Positions 48,400 to 60,000 of a stretch of 64,000 nt of DNA are shown here, piece after piece. The DNA is from an uncultured archaeon (lineage in GTDB: Archaea; Thermoplasmatota; Penumbrarchaeia; JASLWR01): the NCBI GenBank assembly GCA_964430885.1, contig CAYSHM010000005.1:32001-96000 (forward strand). Reading direction: 5' to 3'. The notes under the pieces are model-generated. The model had not been told where the DNA came from. It searched no databases and saw only the letters and a list, made by a program, of their open reading frames with translations. Position 1 is the first letter of the stretch; each line of letters opens with the position of its first letter. The position numbers were made by a program, and so were the translations under genes.

Positions 48400-49530
48400 T
48401 CACATTATTAATCCCATTAAAATGTATATAATGTTGCCCAGCACAAAGGCGGATGCAAAACCAAAGGTCAATAGCACCAAAAATGGTATCTTGGGCTGGA
48501 CCCAAACCTTTTCTCTGTCCATGGCTGTAAAGGCGTCCAACTGTTTCTGCTCTTCCTCTTCCTCAAGGGGTTTTAGGGACATCTTATTACCATTCTTGGT
48601 CTCCTTTTCCAGAAGCCAGACGAATCGGTCCTTGAACTTTTCCACTTCCAACCTATATCCGAAGAGGCATTTAGGAAATTCCAGGTCCTTCCTGGTCAAA
48701 TTGAACAGTATGAACACCAGGGGATACAGGAAAAGAAGAAGAGCCCCGTTTATAAGAACTGCTAATGTGAAGGGAAAGATATATACCATGAAGGGGTACT
48801 CTGCTACCTGCCCGAAAAAATAAGTGTCCAGAGACCAGCTTGATACAACTGGATAGGCTGGAAAAAGGAAGGAAATGAACATCAGCCCCTTGGCATCTGC
48901 ACCGCCCATTATTATTCCCGCATTGTACATCGAATATATTATCAATATCATCATCAGAACTGAAGTTGATATGAGAAATGAGATGTCCAATTTGCCCTGT
49001 GAAAAATTAAAACCTTCCGCATAAGACACCGGATCGAACTGCGACAAATAGAACAGCGTTATGAAACATAAAAGGATAAGTATTATCCAGGAAAATCGGG
49101 ATGACTTGTCCTGCCTTAGAAGAATTATTTCATTGAAAAGAAATAGAAGGATGGATGCACCTATAAGCAAGACCAGGGTAGTTGAATTTTCGAGAACTTT
49201 GAAATGAAACACTGACCAAATATAGATGCCGAGAGAAACTAAGCCCAAGGCGGCCATGAGCCATTCCGATCCCTTTGGAATGTGCGAATAATCTATCTCG
49301 GAATAAAAATAGTAATACAGGAATATTACTGGAAGTGATATTAAAATGGATATTGGCCCGGTTTCATTGTGTGCCAGGAATAGAAGAAAAAGCACTGTGG
49401 CAAGACCGCCGGATATCAACCATACTCTGTTCATAACTTTGCGGGTCCTGATATCCATAACCGAAGCTATCATCAGAACTACTATGCCTATCACGAACCT
49501 TGAAACATTCAGACCGTCTGCAAATTCCAT
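48400..49530 (-). CDS. flaK: Prearchaellin/prepilin peptidase FlaK/PibD (A24 family)
   Basis: Catalytic motifs SVMDIRTRKV and MGGADAK. C-terminal VWVQPKIPFLV typical of archaeal A24 peptidases. Confidence 0.85.
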   Translation of the reverse strand: MEFADGLNVSRFVIGIVVLMIASVMDIRTRKVMNRVWLISGGLATVLFLLFLAHNETGPISILISLPVIFLYYYFYSEIDYSHIPKGSEWLMAALGLVSLGIYIWSVFHFKVLENSTTLVLLIGASILLFLFNEIILLRQDKSSRFSWIILILLCFITLFYLSQFDPVSYAEGFNFSQGKLDISFLISTSVLMMILIIYSMYNAGIIMGGADAKGLMFISFLFPAYPVVSSWSLDTYFFGQVAEYPFMVYIFPFTLAVLINGALLLFLYPLVFILFNLTRKDLEFPKCLFGYRLEVEKFKDRFVWLLEKETKNGNKMSLKPLEEEEEQKQLDAFTAMDREKVWVQPKIPFLVLLTFGFASAFVLGNIIYILMGLIM

Positions 49531-49738
49531 ATAAGACCACCCTTTTTATCATCCATAGGATAAATAATGAACATTCTATTGAATTCGAATGCAACATATC
49601 CCATATGTACCTGAGATGCACTGGTTCAGTGTAACAACTTACTAATAAAAAAAGGTTTTCTGTCCATGAACACCCGTAAAATTGACAAGAGCTGAGATAA
49701 GGGCAATTAGTTCGCCATAATTAGCTCGGTTTTCGAGT

Positions 49739-50881
49739 TTACTTATCCTCTGCATCTTTCTCCTTCAGGAAGCCCGCCCTTCCACAGAACCAATGATGAG
49801 TTAGGGGAATAATGGAAACTGTGAAATTGAAGTACAGGTCAAGATGGTGATGCCAACCGCCCTGGGCTCCGAACATTCCAACTCCCCTCGTGACATCGTC
49901 GAATCCCAGCATCATAGCTATTCTTTCGGGTTCCGCGATCAGCAGGTGGAAGGCAAAGTAGACTAAAATTGTGAGGGGGACAAGTGCGGCCAACCTCTTT
50001 TTTACTCTGTCAATGGGTTTTTCAGTGCTCCTGAAGTTATTGCTGTAAACCCCCATTAGAATAATGGGTGTCAAAGGAAAGGTTCCCATGTAAAGGACAT
50101 GGTGCCAGCGGTCGGCCGCACTTAGATCATCCCATGGGGCCATATAGCTGGTCAATGCATAGCAGATATATGCTATAAGGGCACCTATAAACAGCGATGC
50201 TAACAGGAGGAATAAACCTTTGGTATAATCGCTCTTCATCTTTATCTCCGGCAGGAAATCCTTGAAAACCAATGCTAGCATGAGGGACATTATTATTGTC
50301 CACTGGGCAATCCCCAGCATCCTGAAAAGCTGAAGATTGGAGAAGGTCTCAACGGATTGGGCCTGAACCAGACCGCCTTCCAGGAAGTAAAGTAAAATCC
50401 ATAAAATCCAGATTATCATATACCAGAAAGCAGATTTTATCAGCCCGCCCTTCATCCATCCTACCAGTTTGCCATCGAACATGAAGTCATCGAATCCATA
50501 GATAAAGAAGCCGAAGACAATGAAGGTGAAGTGTCCCGACATTACAAGGTCACCGCTATAAAGAAGAGAATGATCAACAGTGGGTATTCCCAGAAAATGG
50601 ATCATTATCATCTCATTGAGGAAAAATATTACGATTGCTCCAAAAATGGAAACGAACTGCCTGAACATTCCACTCATATCAGGTGTAGCAGGTCGCCTGA
50701 AATAATGGCTTTGGCATATTGATAACAGAACATAATATCCCAGCATTGGGGAGTAATAGTTGAAGAAAGATGCCCTACCAAGCATGTTATGCATGAGAAG
50801 CAGTATCGCCATTCCAAAGCCTAAGCCTAGGGCCAGAGCATATAGCCAGGTTTTATTACCCCATTTCAATTCATATTCCAT
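49739..50881 (-). CDS. Polytopic membrane protein of unknown function (about 10 TM)
   Basis: Continuous hydrophobic helices with His-rich motifs (WHHVLY, WHHHLDLY, LTHHWF). ATG start after a GGTG RBS (the ORF track extends to 50995). Confidence 0.7.
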   Translation of the reverse strand: MEYELKWGNKTWLYALALGLGFGMAILLLMHNMLGRASFFNYYSPMLGYYVLLSICQSHYFRRPATPDMSGMFRQFVSIFGAIVIFFLNEMIMIHFLGIPTVDHSLLYSGDLVMSGHFTFIVFGFFIYGFDDFMFDGKLVGWMKGGLIKSAFWYMIIWILWILLYFLEGGLVQAQSVETFSNLQLFRMLGIAQWTIIMSLMLALVFKDFLPEIKMKSDYTKGLFLLLASLFIGALIAYICYALTSYMAPWDDLSAADRWHHVLYMGTFPLTPIILMGVYSNNFRSTEKPIDRVKKRLAALVPLTILVYFAFHLLIAEPERIAMMLGFDDVTRGVGMFGAQGGWHHHLDLYFNFTVSIIPLTHHWFCGRAGFLKEKDAEDK

Positions 50882-51095
50882 GGTCACACCTATGATATCA
50901 TGTCGAATTGTGAATATAACAATGAATTCAAAATGAGAATTCAAAGAATGCGATGTGGCAAAATTATATTTAAACAATGCTCTTCTTTTTGGCACCCTTC
51001 AAATAATCTCGGGAAAAATGATAAAAAGAACTCCTATTATGGTGTCGATTGAACGCATTTATTTAATTTTACTTAGTATGTGATTCGTCGGGAAC

Positions 51096-52409
51096 GTGAT
51101 TATTATGACTTGTAAAGCAGATGGAAAATACTGGGATCCAAAACTGGAAACATTGCCTGCCAGTAAATTGCAGGAGCTTCAATTGAAAAGATTGAGATGG
51201 ACAATCAAACACTCCTATGATAACAATGAGTTCTACAGAAAAAAGCTAAAAGGAGCAAATGTAGCACCGGATGACATTAAAAGCCTTGATGATATTCAGA
51301 AAATACCATTCCTGACCAAAGACGAGCTTAGAATTTACTATCCCTTTGGACTTTCCTGCGTTCCCATGGATGACATTATGGAGCTTCATGCTTCTTCAGG
51401 TACCACTGGGAAACCTGTTGTAGGAATATACAACGATAATGATCTCGACGTTTGGACGGAGATCATGGCAAGGGGGCTTTACACCAATGGAATGAGAAAG
51501 AAGGACCGAATGCAGAACGCCTACGGGTACGGCCTTTTCACGGGTGCTCACGGCTTTGAAAAAGGCGCTCACCGTATAGGCACCCTGGTCGCACCTCTCA
51601 GCAGTGGCAATACAAGAAGACAGGTTACCCTCATGAAGGATTTCGAAACTACTGCATTGGCTGCTACCCCCAGTTTCTGTCTCTATCTAGCCGAGGTGGC
51701 AAAGGAGATGGGATTGGAGCCCAAAGACGATTTGAAACTCAAGAGCGGTCACTTCGGTGCCGAAGCATGGTCGGAGGAAATGAGGGATCTGATCCAGGAC
51801 ACCTGGGACATTGAAGCATTTGACCATTACGGACTTACCGAGCTTATCGGGCCTGGAGTATCTACCGAGTGTGAGATGCATGACGGACTTCACATCAATG
51901 CAGATCATTTCTACCCTGAAGTTATCGATTCTAAGACCGGCGAGGTGTTGGGACCGAATGAGAAAGGGGAACTGGTATTCACCTCCCTCACAAAACAGGC
52001 TTTCCCGGCCATACGTTTCAGGACAAAAGATCTATCCATGCTTATTACCGAAACATGTGAATGCGGAAGGACCTCTCCCAGACATGCTAGGATAATGGGA
52101 AGGGCCGATGATATGATGAAGGTCAAAGGTGTTATCGTTTTCCCCTCCCAGATAGAGGAAGCGGTGATGAGTGTCGATGGTGTTAGTGGAAATTATGTTA
52201 TTGTAAAATCCAAAAAGGGCGTTCTGACCCAACTAAAAGTGAGGGCCGAACCCGTCGCTGGAACGCCAAAAGAGCGGTTTGATAAGCTGGCCAATGAGGT
52301 TCAGCAGGAATTGTACAGCATACTCAACATGAACGTCCCTGTGGAGATCGTAGAGGTAGGTGCCATACCCCGGAGCATAGGTAAAGCAGTCAGAGTAATA
52401 AACGAATAG
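51096..52409 (+). CDS. paaK: Phenylacetate-CoA ligase
   Basis: HASSGTTGKP, YGYGLFTGAHG, GAEAWSE, YGLTELIGPGV, RFRTKDL, GRADDMMKVKGV. Adjacent to iorAB. Confidence 0.92.
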   Translation: MIIMTCKADGKYWDPKLETLPASKLQELQLKRLRWTIKHSYDNNEFYRKKLKGANVAPDDIKSLDDIQKIPFLTKDELRIYYPFGLSCVPMDDIMELHASSGTTGKPVVGIYNDNDLDVWTEIMARGLYTNGMRKKDRMQNAYGYGLFTGAHGFEKGAHRIGTLVAPLSSGNTRRQVTLMKDFETTALAATPSFCLYLAEVAKEMGLEPKDDLKLKSGHFGAEAWSEEMRDLIQDTWDIEAFDHYGLTELIGPGVSTECEMHDGLHINADHFYPEVIDSKTGEVLGPNEKGELVFTSLTKQAFPAIRFRTKDLSMLITETCECGRTSPRHARIMGRADDMMKVKGVIVFPSQIEEAVMSVDGVSGNYVIVKSKKGVLTQLKVRAEPVAGTPKERFDKLANEVQQELYSILNMNVPVEIVEVGAIPRSIGKAVRVINE

Positions 52410-52525
52410 ATAGGAGCTTCGCCGATCTAACATGGAACATTAGATTATGAATCCCTGATTGATAACAGAGAATGCTGGAATATATTCACTTTTGGAAAAT
52501 TTTCTCGAAAATTACTGGTGATAGA

Positions 52526-54427
52526 ATGGATCTCCTGAGCGATGAGATAGGTAAGAAGGAACTGTTGCTAGGCAATGAAGCCATTGTCAGAGGCGCTATT
52601 GAAGGGGGATGTGCACTGGCGGCTACATATCCTGGTACTCCCTCCTCTGAAATCGGAAATACCCTGCATAAAATAGCAAAGGATGCTGGAATGTTCTTTG
52701 AGTTCTCAGCCAACGAGGCAGTGGCTCTTGAAGTGGCTGCAGGTGCAGCTGTTGCTGGAGTAAGGTCCTTTGCATTCATGAAACATGTGGGTTTGAACGT
52801 GGCTGCTGATGCATTCATGACAATTGCATATACTGGAGTCAGGGGCGGTCTGGTGGTACTCAGTGCAGACGACCCGCAATGCCATTCATCCCAGAATGAG
52901 CAGGATAATAGATATTATGCCAAGATATCCGGCGTGCCCATGATAGAGCCATCTACACCGGCTGAAGCAAAGGAGATGATGATCTTCGCCTTTGATCTAT
53001 CTGATAGATTGGAGGTCCCAGTATTATTCCGAACTACTACCCGATTGAATCACGTGAAAGGAATTGTTGAGTACGGCGAAAAGAAAGAGGTCGTTGGAAA
53101 GGTTAAATTCGAGAAGGACCCACATAGGTTCGTTACGGTCCCGGCAAATGCAAGAAAGGGACATCTAAGGCTCCTGGCGGCCATGGAAAAGATGAAGGAA
53201 GAAACCGAAATATGTTCTCTAAACTATACTGTAAAACCCAAATACGGGAATAATGAAAACGGGACCAAGGTAGGTATAATTACCTCAGGAGTTACCTACA
53301 ATTATATCATGGAACTGCTGGAGAACGTTGATCTGGATATTGACGCTTCAGTATTGAAGCTTGGAATGACAAATCCACTTCCTGAAAGTATGATACTGGA
53401 TTTCGCTGATGAACATGAACTGCTGATCATCATAGAAGAGCTGGAACCATTTCTTGAAGATAGCTTGCTGGCACTGCTGAAGCATAACCGTCGAGATATT
53501 GATTTGAAAGGAAAAAGAGATGGACACTTCCCCAGGGCCTTCGAGTTCAACCCGGATATCGTTTACAAGGGAATGCTTTCTGCCCTGGATAGTGACGCTG
53601 GCATGGTGAATGATGAGGAAGAAGGCATCTTAGAATGGAAAAAACTTCCCGAACCTCCCAGGCCTCCGGTACTCTGCCCCGGTTGTCCCCACAGGGGAGC
53701 ATATTTTGCTGTGAAAAAAGCTACAAGAGGTAAAGCGATACATCCAATGGACATAGGATGCTACACCCTTGGAATCATGCCACCTCAATCCATAGGAGAC
53801 ATCTTGGTCTGCATGGGTAGTTCTGCAGGGTCTGCCGGAGGAATATCCCGTGTAATTGACGAACCCGTTATCGCGCATATGGGAGACTCTACATTTTTCC
53901 ATACTGGAATTCCCGCTCTCGTCAATGCGGTCCATAATCGCCACAACATTGTGTTGAATATAATGGACAACTCTACCACTGCAATGACTGGCCATCAGCC
54001 CCATCCGGGCCTTCCGATAGACGGTATGGGTGATCCCGCAGTAGCATTGGATGTGACAAAGGTATGTGAAGGTTTAGGTGTGGAGTTCATAAGGACGGTG
54101 GACCCGCTCAAAGTTAAGGAAACAACTCAGGCGTTCAAAGAGGCTTTGGAGTTCCAGGGAGCTGCAGTGGTCATTACAAAATCCCCATGTGCCCTTCTCA
54201 TCGACAGGGCTTACAGGAAAAAAGGGAAAGTCCGGACAAAATATACAGTTGACCAGGAAAAATGCCGGCACTGCAATCTATGTACAAGACAGTTTGCTTG
54301 TCCTGCCTTCTATGTGAAGGACAACGATCACTTTATAGACCCTGCAATATGCCTTGGATGCGGCGTATGTGCACAGGTATGCCCGTTCGGTGCCATGGTC
54401 CCAATGAAAGAGGAGGTGAAAGAATGA
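52526..54427 (+). CDS. iorA: Indolepyruvate:ferredoxin oxidoreductase alpha subunit
   Basis: LLGNEAIVRGA, YPGTPSSEI, MKHVGLNVAAD, SSQNEQDNR, PVLCPGCPHR, GDSTFFHTG, C-terminal 2x[4Fe-4S]. ATG after a GGTGA RBS. Confidence 0.95.
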   Translation: MDLLSDEIGKKELLLGNEAIVRGAIEGGCALAATYPGTPSSEIGNTLHKIAKDAGMFFEFSANEAVALEVAAGAAVAGVRSFAFMKHVGLNVAADAFMTIAYTGVRGGLVVLSADDPQCHSSQNEQDNRYYAKISGVPMIEPSTPAEAKEMMIFAFDLSDRLEVPVLFRTTTRLNHVKGIVEYGEKKEVVGKVKFEKDPHRFVTVPANARKGHLRLLAAMEKMKEETEICSLNYTVKPKYGNNENGTKVGIITSGVTYNYIMELLENVDLDIDASVLKLGMTNPLPESMILDFADEHELLIIIEELEPFLEDSLLALLKHNRRDIDLKGKRDGHFPRAFEFNPDIVYKGMLSALDSDAGMVNDEEEGILEWKKLPEPPRPPVLCPGCPHRGAYFAVKKATRGKAIHPMDIGCYTLGIMPPQSIGDILVCMGSSAGSAGGISRVIDEPVIAHMGDSTFFHTGIPALVNAVHNRHNIVLNIMDNSTTAMTGHQPHPGLPIDGMGDPAVALDVTKVCEGLGVEFIRTVDPLKVKETTQAFKEALEFQGAAVVITKSPCALLIDRAYRKKGKVRTKYTVDQEKCRHCNLCTRQFACPAFYVKDNDHFIDPAICLGCGVCAQVCPFGAMVPMKEEVKE

Positions 54428-55023
54428 TTGTGAAGAATAATGAAGCAGTCACCATTCACATCGTGGGAGTCGGGGGGCAGGGCGCACTGACGCTTGCCAA
54501 GGTCATCGGAAAAGCAGCATTGGATAAAGATGTCAACATAGTTATTACCGAAGTACACGGCATGGCACAGAGAGGAGGAGTGGTTCAGACCACCATAAGA
54601 CTTGGAAAAGTGAACTCGCCGTTGCCATTCAATTCGGATATAAACCTCCTTCTGGGATTCGAACCCCTTGAAGTATACAGAGCAAGGGATAAAATAACTC
54701 CTCTCACCCATGTAATATGCAATACCGATCCAATTTATCCGACGACCGTATCTTCCGGCGGAAAGGAATATCCGAAAACCGAGGATATAATTCACGAGTT
54801 GAAACAACATGCAAAGGGTTTGACGATACTCTCGGCCAATGAGAAGGCAGCAGAAACAGGTAATCCAAGGGTTGCAAACATAGTTCTCCTCGGTGCATTG
54901 GCAGCGACATCCATCCTACCCTTCACCAAGAACGAACTGGAAAACGCTATCAGAAAGACAGTACCAAATAGAGCCCTAGAACCGAATATTAGGGGTTTCG
55001 AACTGGGATACGAAACTGCTTAA
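54424..55023 (+). CDS. iorB: Indolepyruvate:ferredoxin oxidoreductase beta subunit
   Basis: GVGGQG, EVHGMAQRGGVV, GFEPLE, ANIVLLGAL. ATGA overlap with the iorA stop (the ORF track start at 54262 is over-extended). Confidence 0.93.
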   Translation: MIVKNNEAVTIHIVGVGGQGALTLAKVIGKAALDKDVNIVITEVHGMAQRGGVVQTTIRLGKVNSPLPFNSDINLLLGFEPLEVYRARDKITPLTHVICNTDPIYPTTVSSGGKEYPKTEDIIHELKQHAKGLTILSANEKAAETGNPRVANIVLLGALAATSILPFTKNELENAIRKTVPNRALEPNIRGFELGYETA

Positions 55024-55069
55024 GATATCTAATTCTGGAAAATGAAGTTTGCAGTTTTTCATTTGAAAA

Positions 55070-56905
55070 TCAAATTTCCACCTTGAACACCTCCGCCCAC
55101 TGCTCATCAATGCCATCATTGTTCTTATCCGTGGCATTCCTATATAATAAATTGAACGGGTACTGGCTGAATTTGGCATAGGAAGCGGGTGTCATCGGCT
55201 CGGGCACTACACCCACTTTTTCTTGAACTCCAACATCCAGCATGATGTGGTCAATTACGATAAAAGATACAGGGGGCAGTCGGGTCTGATTTGTGGTGTT
55301 CAATTCATTTAGGCAGTCCCTCCAATCTTCAGCAAACCAGAGCCAATGTACATCATCTTCATAGGTCAGGTTCCTGAACTCACCCTTGCCGTAGATTACT
55401 TGGGCCAGACGGTGATCGGCAGCAACCGTGAGATTCTTATCAAGGTTGGAGAACATCCAATCTAGAACCGACATGAACTCATGTGAATAATCCTCATTGT
55501 ACCCGCCCACCGATTCACGCATGGGATAGGACGAGATACCGCTGGAAATAATGACCAGAATAACAGTGACTGATATGAATCCTTTGAAAGCTGAAGAAGA
55601 CCTGATAAATGGCTGGCGGAATGATAAAATGGGGCCCTTTAGCTTGGACCTATCTTCTACTACTTTCCCCATTCTATCCCTGTACTCCAATCCCTTTCGG
55701 TAATAGCTATACACTCCCAATCCCGCTACAATGCTCAGGGGTTCCATTAAGTATTCAAAATGTCTATCAGGGAAAAGAACGCGGTTCCCGGTAATAAGCG
55801 CTATTGAAGCTGAAAGAGTGATGGCTATCAACCAGCCCAATATATAGGCTCGTGCCTCGGATATCCAGATGTACTTCAGACCTAGAACCGTAAAGGCCAA
55901 AATGATAACCAGAGGCAGGGAGATAAAAACAACCTTCCAATTCAATTTTGCCGTTGTGCCGGGAATTGTGATGAAATGAGCTCCTGCCACCATCACTATA
56001 ACCATCAATAAAACGCAAACCGACAATATCTGAGAATCATTATTGCCAGTGTATTCAGGCTTTTTTATTTTTGAAAGATATTTTCGCAGATTATCGGACA
56101 TAAGAAGCATGAACATCAGGGCTACATAGAACGCTATTACAACCGCCAATGGGAGCATTTGGGTCCCTGATTTCATGAAGGAACTGAAATATCTCCCTGC
56201 CACAATAAGCCAATAGGAAAAGGCGGTTATGGTGAATCCCAATAGGTAGAGCATCTGATTTTTCAGATCCTCATTACCTTTGGGATTGAAGGCATTTCTG
56301 AAAAGGATCATCCCTCCTAGCGATATTATGTACATGTATGTGGTCAGATGATGGCTCATTATGAGAAGGGCAGAGGTGAGGACCAAAGGTATCAAGAAGC
56401 GTTTTTTCCGTGAATATCTCAAGAAAAAATACAGGCTAGATAGCATAAAGAAATGACCTATAGTGAGGGGCGCGGCATGGGAGGTTTGATAGAGATGTAT
56501 GGGATTTACAGCCACAAAAGCTGCAGAGATAAGTGCCAATCTCCTATTGGCAAACAGATCATTTACAATAAAATAAATAAGTAAGGCTGTAAGGGCTCCA
56601 AAAACAGGTGCGGTATAGGTTAATGACTTCATTATCGATAAACCTGTGAGTATGTGAACAACACCCCCCAATATGTAAAGTATTGGGAAATATTCGTATG
56701 ATCCGCCCCATCCTTCGTATGTATTGAAAATTGTCCCGTATTTTACAAAAGAATTGGTCAACCCATAGTACACTCCAATATCATTACCCCATGCCGCATT
56801 TGTCCACGCTGGAATAGAGCGCAGAAGAAAAGCAAATACAATTACTATAAAAAGAGTAAGACGGATTCTCCTATTCATAAATCCTAAAAAATTATCAATT
56901 CTCAT
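55070..56905 (-). CDS. GT-C fold polytopic membrane glycosyltransferase-like protein
   Basis: First loop WGNDIGVYY...YEYFP, about 13 TM helices, SHHLTT, PDRHFEY, and a soluble C-terminal domain. Confidence 0.7.
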   Translation of the reverse strand: MRIDNFLGFMNRRIRLTLFIVIVFAFLLRSIPAWTNAAWGNDIGVYYGLTNSFVKYGTIFNTYEGWGGSYEYFPILYILGGVVHILTGLSIMKSLTYTAPVFGALTALLIYFIVNDLFANRRLALISAAFVAVNPIHLYQTSHAAPLTIGHFFMLSSLYFFLRYSRKKRFLIPLVLTSALLIMSHHLTTYMYIISLGGMILFRNAFNPKGNEDLKNQMLYLLGFTITAFSYWLIVAGRYFSSFMKSGTQMLPLAVVIAFYVALMFMLLMSDNLRKYLSKIKKPEYTGNNDSQILSVCVLLMVIVMVAGAHFITIPGTTAKLNWKVVFISLPLVIILAFTVLGLKYIWISEARAYILGWLIAITLSASIALITGNRVLFPDRHFEYLMEPLSIVAGLGVYSYYRKGLEYRDRMGKVVEDRSKLKGPILSFRQPFIRSSSAFKGFISVTVILVIISSGISSYPMRESVGGYNEDYSHEFMSVLDWMFSNLDKNLTVAADHRLAQVIYGKGEFRNLTYEDDVHWLWFAEDWRDCLNELNTTNQTRLPPVSFIVIDHIMLDVGVQEKVGVVPEPMTPASYAKFSQYPFNLLYRNATDKNNDGIDEQWAEVFKVEI

Positions 56906-57022
56906 GTTCGATTCCCCTAATCTACTCTGTCGTCTGCAAGCCTCATATCAATGAAATGGACATCACAGACGAATATCCCGTTGTAAATGATATTGGAGCT
57001 ATTTGAATGATTTCAGTTCCGA

Positions 57023-60000
57023 TCATGCGGAGAATCTAGGCGGGCGCGGAACGTAATTCGGGAAAGTGGCGTTCTCTTCTGTTAGTTCAGCCGGTCCTTC
57101 TTCCATCAATGTTCCTGAGGGATATTGATCTCCATCTCTAGGATCCAAGGGTTCCAGTTGAGGGATATATTGAGCATCATCGTCATTATCTTCGGCTGGT
57201 ACTATCCTGGGAGGAGGAGGGCGCGGGGTCGAAATTGCGACATTAACAGCATATAGCCCCCTATCCTGCATTTCATTGCTGTTCATACCATTGTTATAAA
57301 TGTCATTTTGTTGAAAAGGGCTGCTGCCAGTTTGATATGCGGTATCATTTCTAGAGTTAGAGAAAGGCCCAACAGTATAGTGATTACCAGAGCCTTCCCA
57401 CGGAGATGAATCAGGGGTGATCATAAAATCGCCGACTTCATCACCATCATCATCTGTATCACTTCCCTTCTTTATCTTTACCAGGACAAAAATGACCACT
57501 GCGAGAATAATCAATAATACCAGCACTAGCACAACAATAATTACAGCATTTGAGGATGAACCGTCGTCTGAATTTTCCTGAATGTACCCATTGTTGCCAC
57601 CATCATCATCCAAATCATCATCGCCGATCCCGCCACCGGGTGAGTTCGGATCAGAATCCGTGGTCAATGTGAAGTTCCAGACTGGCGAGGACCAATCAGC
57701 TATTTCTCCATCCAAAAAGGGCTGAACGGACCAGTAATAAGTAGTGTCATTCCCACCATTCTCTGGTAACTGATCGAGTATGAAGGTATGATTTGATTGT
57801 ATCAGTTCATCCGCATATTCTGAACGGGGAGGATTGACCGTTCCCACAAGCACAGAATATGTTACCTGCCTTTTTCCAGGATAATCAAGTTCCCATTTAA
57901 GATCCGCCTTTTCGCCCTCTATGTTAGCTCCATTACTCGGTTCCTTTAAGGTAATAATTCCGGTCATTTCAACTGTGAATATCCATTGCTCTGATATATG
58001 AGGTGACTCGATACCGTCAAGGACAGGTACAACACGCCAATAATAGCTCATCATATCCTGAAGGCCTTCAAGTAGGGTATAATTTGAAGACACTCCATTG
58101 ATTACAGTTCCGTTAATGCCCGGTGAATCACCTATGATAACAATGAACTGGAGGGTGGAACTGCCGTTATAGGTGTAGTTCCATTCCAATCCAACCTCCT
58201 GACCTGATACCAATCCATTAAGGGATGGGAACAATAAGCCTATTGAGACGGGATAACTTACGGAAAAATGGAAAATCTCGGACTGGGGTCCTCGGGATAT
58301 CCAGTTCAATCGAGCCTTAATACACCAGTAATAGGTGGCCCCATCCTCCAGGTCCCATAAATTGACCAAACTGCCGGAATTATTAAGTAAATACGGTTCA
58401 AGCTCATCTTGCTCGACACCCATAAATATATCGAAGGTCAGCTTTTGATTCCCAATATATTCAAAGTCCCAGGCCAACTCTGCATTGTAACCATATACCC
58501 AAGAGCGATTGGATGGTTGGGTAAGAGTAATAAGAACATCCAGTTCCACAGTAAAATCAAAGACCGCAGAGCTCCAAACCGCCAGGTCTCCGTCAACATA
58601 AGGAATCACCTTCCAGTAATATGTCTCACCGTCCTTGAGACCCGTTACCATGGTAGTGGTATCCGAAATAAAAGAAGCTACAATCCCCGATGGAGGTGTT
58701 TCGGCCCCTAAGAGAACATCAAATCGAACCCCACCCGATCCAGAGTAATCCAGGTCCCACTGTAGTTCTATGGAAGTAGTATTGATAATATCTCCCTTAT
58801 CCGGAAAAGTTGGTTCAACAGAGCCTTGAGGGAGCAGAATGTCAAAGGAAAATGATATCTCTTGCTCAGTGAAATCTTCATCGTACAGATCGTCATATAT
58901 CACGGTAACCTCGTCCCCTCCCATCACCTTGATTTCGGAATCCGGTTTCGATGATGAAGAGGATAGCGTCACCTGACCCTGAAAAATGCCCGTATCATCA
59001 CCGCTTTCCGTCAAAGAAAAGGTAATGCCTTCATTGTCGCTGTCAGAATATATGCTCAGTTGAAGTTCTTCAATTTTTGTGGAATTCCCATTGGCATCCT
59101 TATCATTCACAATGACCGTTACTGCCTCACCGGTATAGAAATCTGTGCCCTGATCCCCGATACCTCCGGAAATCTCAAGGGTTCCAGTTGCAGTACCGTA
59201 AATATCCCATAGACTGGAAAAGTAATCGGAAGCTTGATCTGCAAAACTGCTGTTGCTTACAAGCAGATTTGTATTAAGCTGATCATAGAGAGCCTCATAT
59301 GCCCAATTGGTACTCCCCAAAAGGACCTTATCATCGCATAAAATAAGTTTTGCATGTGTATTCTTGTCAACACTGTCCACCACAGAGGGAATTCTGCTCT
59401 CTCTCAATAAATCCAGGGCGTTCAAGTTGTCAGCGCTCACATAATCCATATAAGTGGTTTGCTCGAGAATAACCTTCACATCAACTCCTCTGTTGTATGC
59501 ATTCTCTATTTTGCTTAACAGGATCTGTGCAGCCTGAGATTCGCTTATATGATACATAATTAGACGGATTTCATCAGACGCTCCATCAATAATAACCGCA
59601 GCCTCATCGTAATATTCATCGCAAACAACGGTTTTTATACCGTTATGATCGACTGCTGATAACGTAGGACAAGTGGTCTGGTCCGCCCAAATGCTCTCGT
59701 AATAGGATTTGAAAAAAGTTCCAACCGCGGTTGAGTTGACCAATACATTCGCCTCATGATTTTCGAAGGTTGATTTCAGATCCCAATTGGTACTGCCTAA
59801 AAGCACTTTGTCATCAGCCACAACCATCTTGGAATGAAGTTTAATATCATTACCATCCATCTTCACCTCCACACCATTTCCAATCAAATGGTCCTTGGTA
59901 TCGTTGTTTTCCGGAGGCGTATTATCCATTAGAAATCTGACATCCGCACCCCTTCCGTGAGCATCAATAAGAGACTGGTAAAGCTGGGATACAGAGTACT

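Noticed and set aside
49689-49727. Possible hairpin or small RNA in the intergenic gap
   Set aside because: Short imperfect stem with no tRNA or known ncRNA features.
54262-54423. Cys-rich N-terminal extension on IorB
   Set aside because: It is an alternative-frame read of the iorA ferredoxin domain. The real start is the ATG at 54424.
51096-55023. paaK-iorA-iorB cluster as a novel pathway
   Set aside because: This arrangement is common and well known in anaerobic archaea and bacteria.
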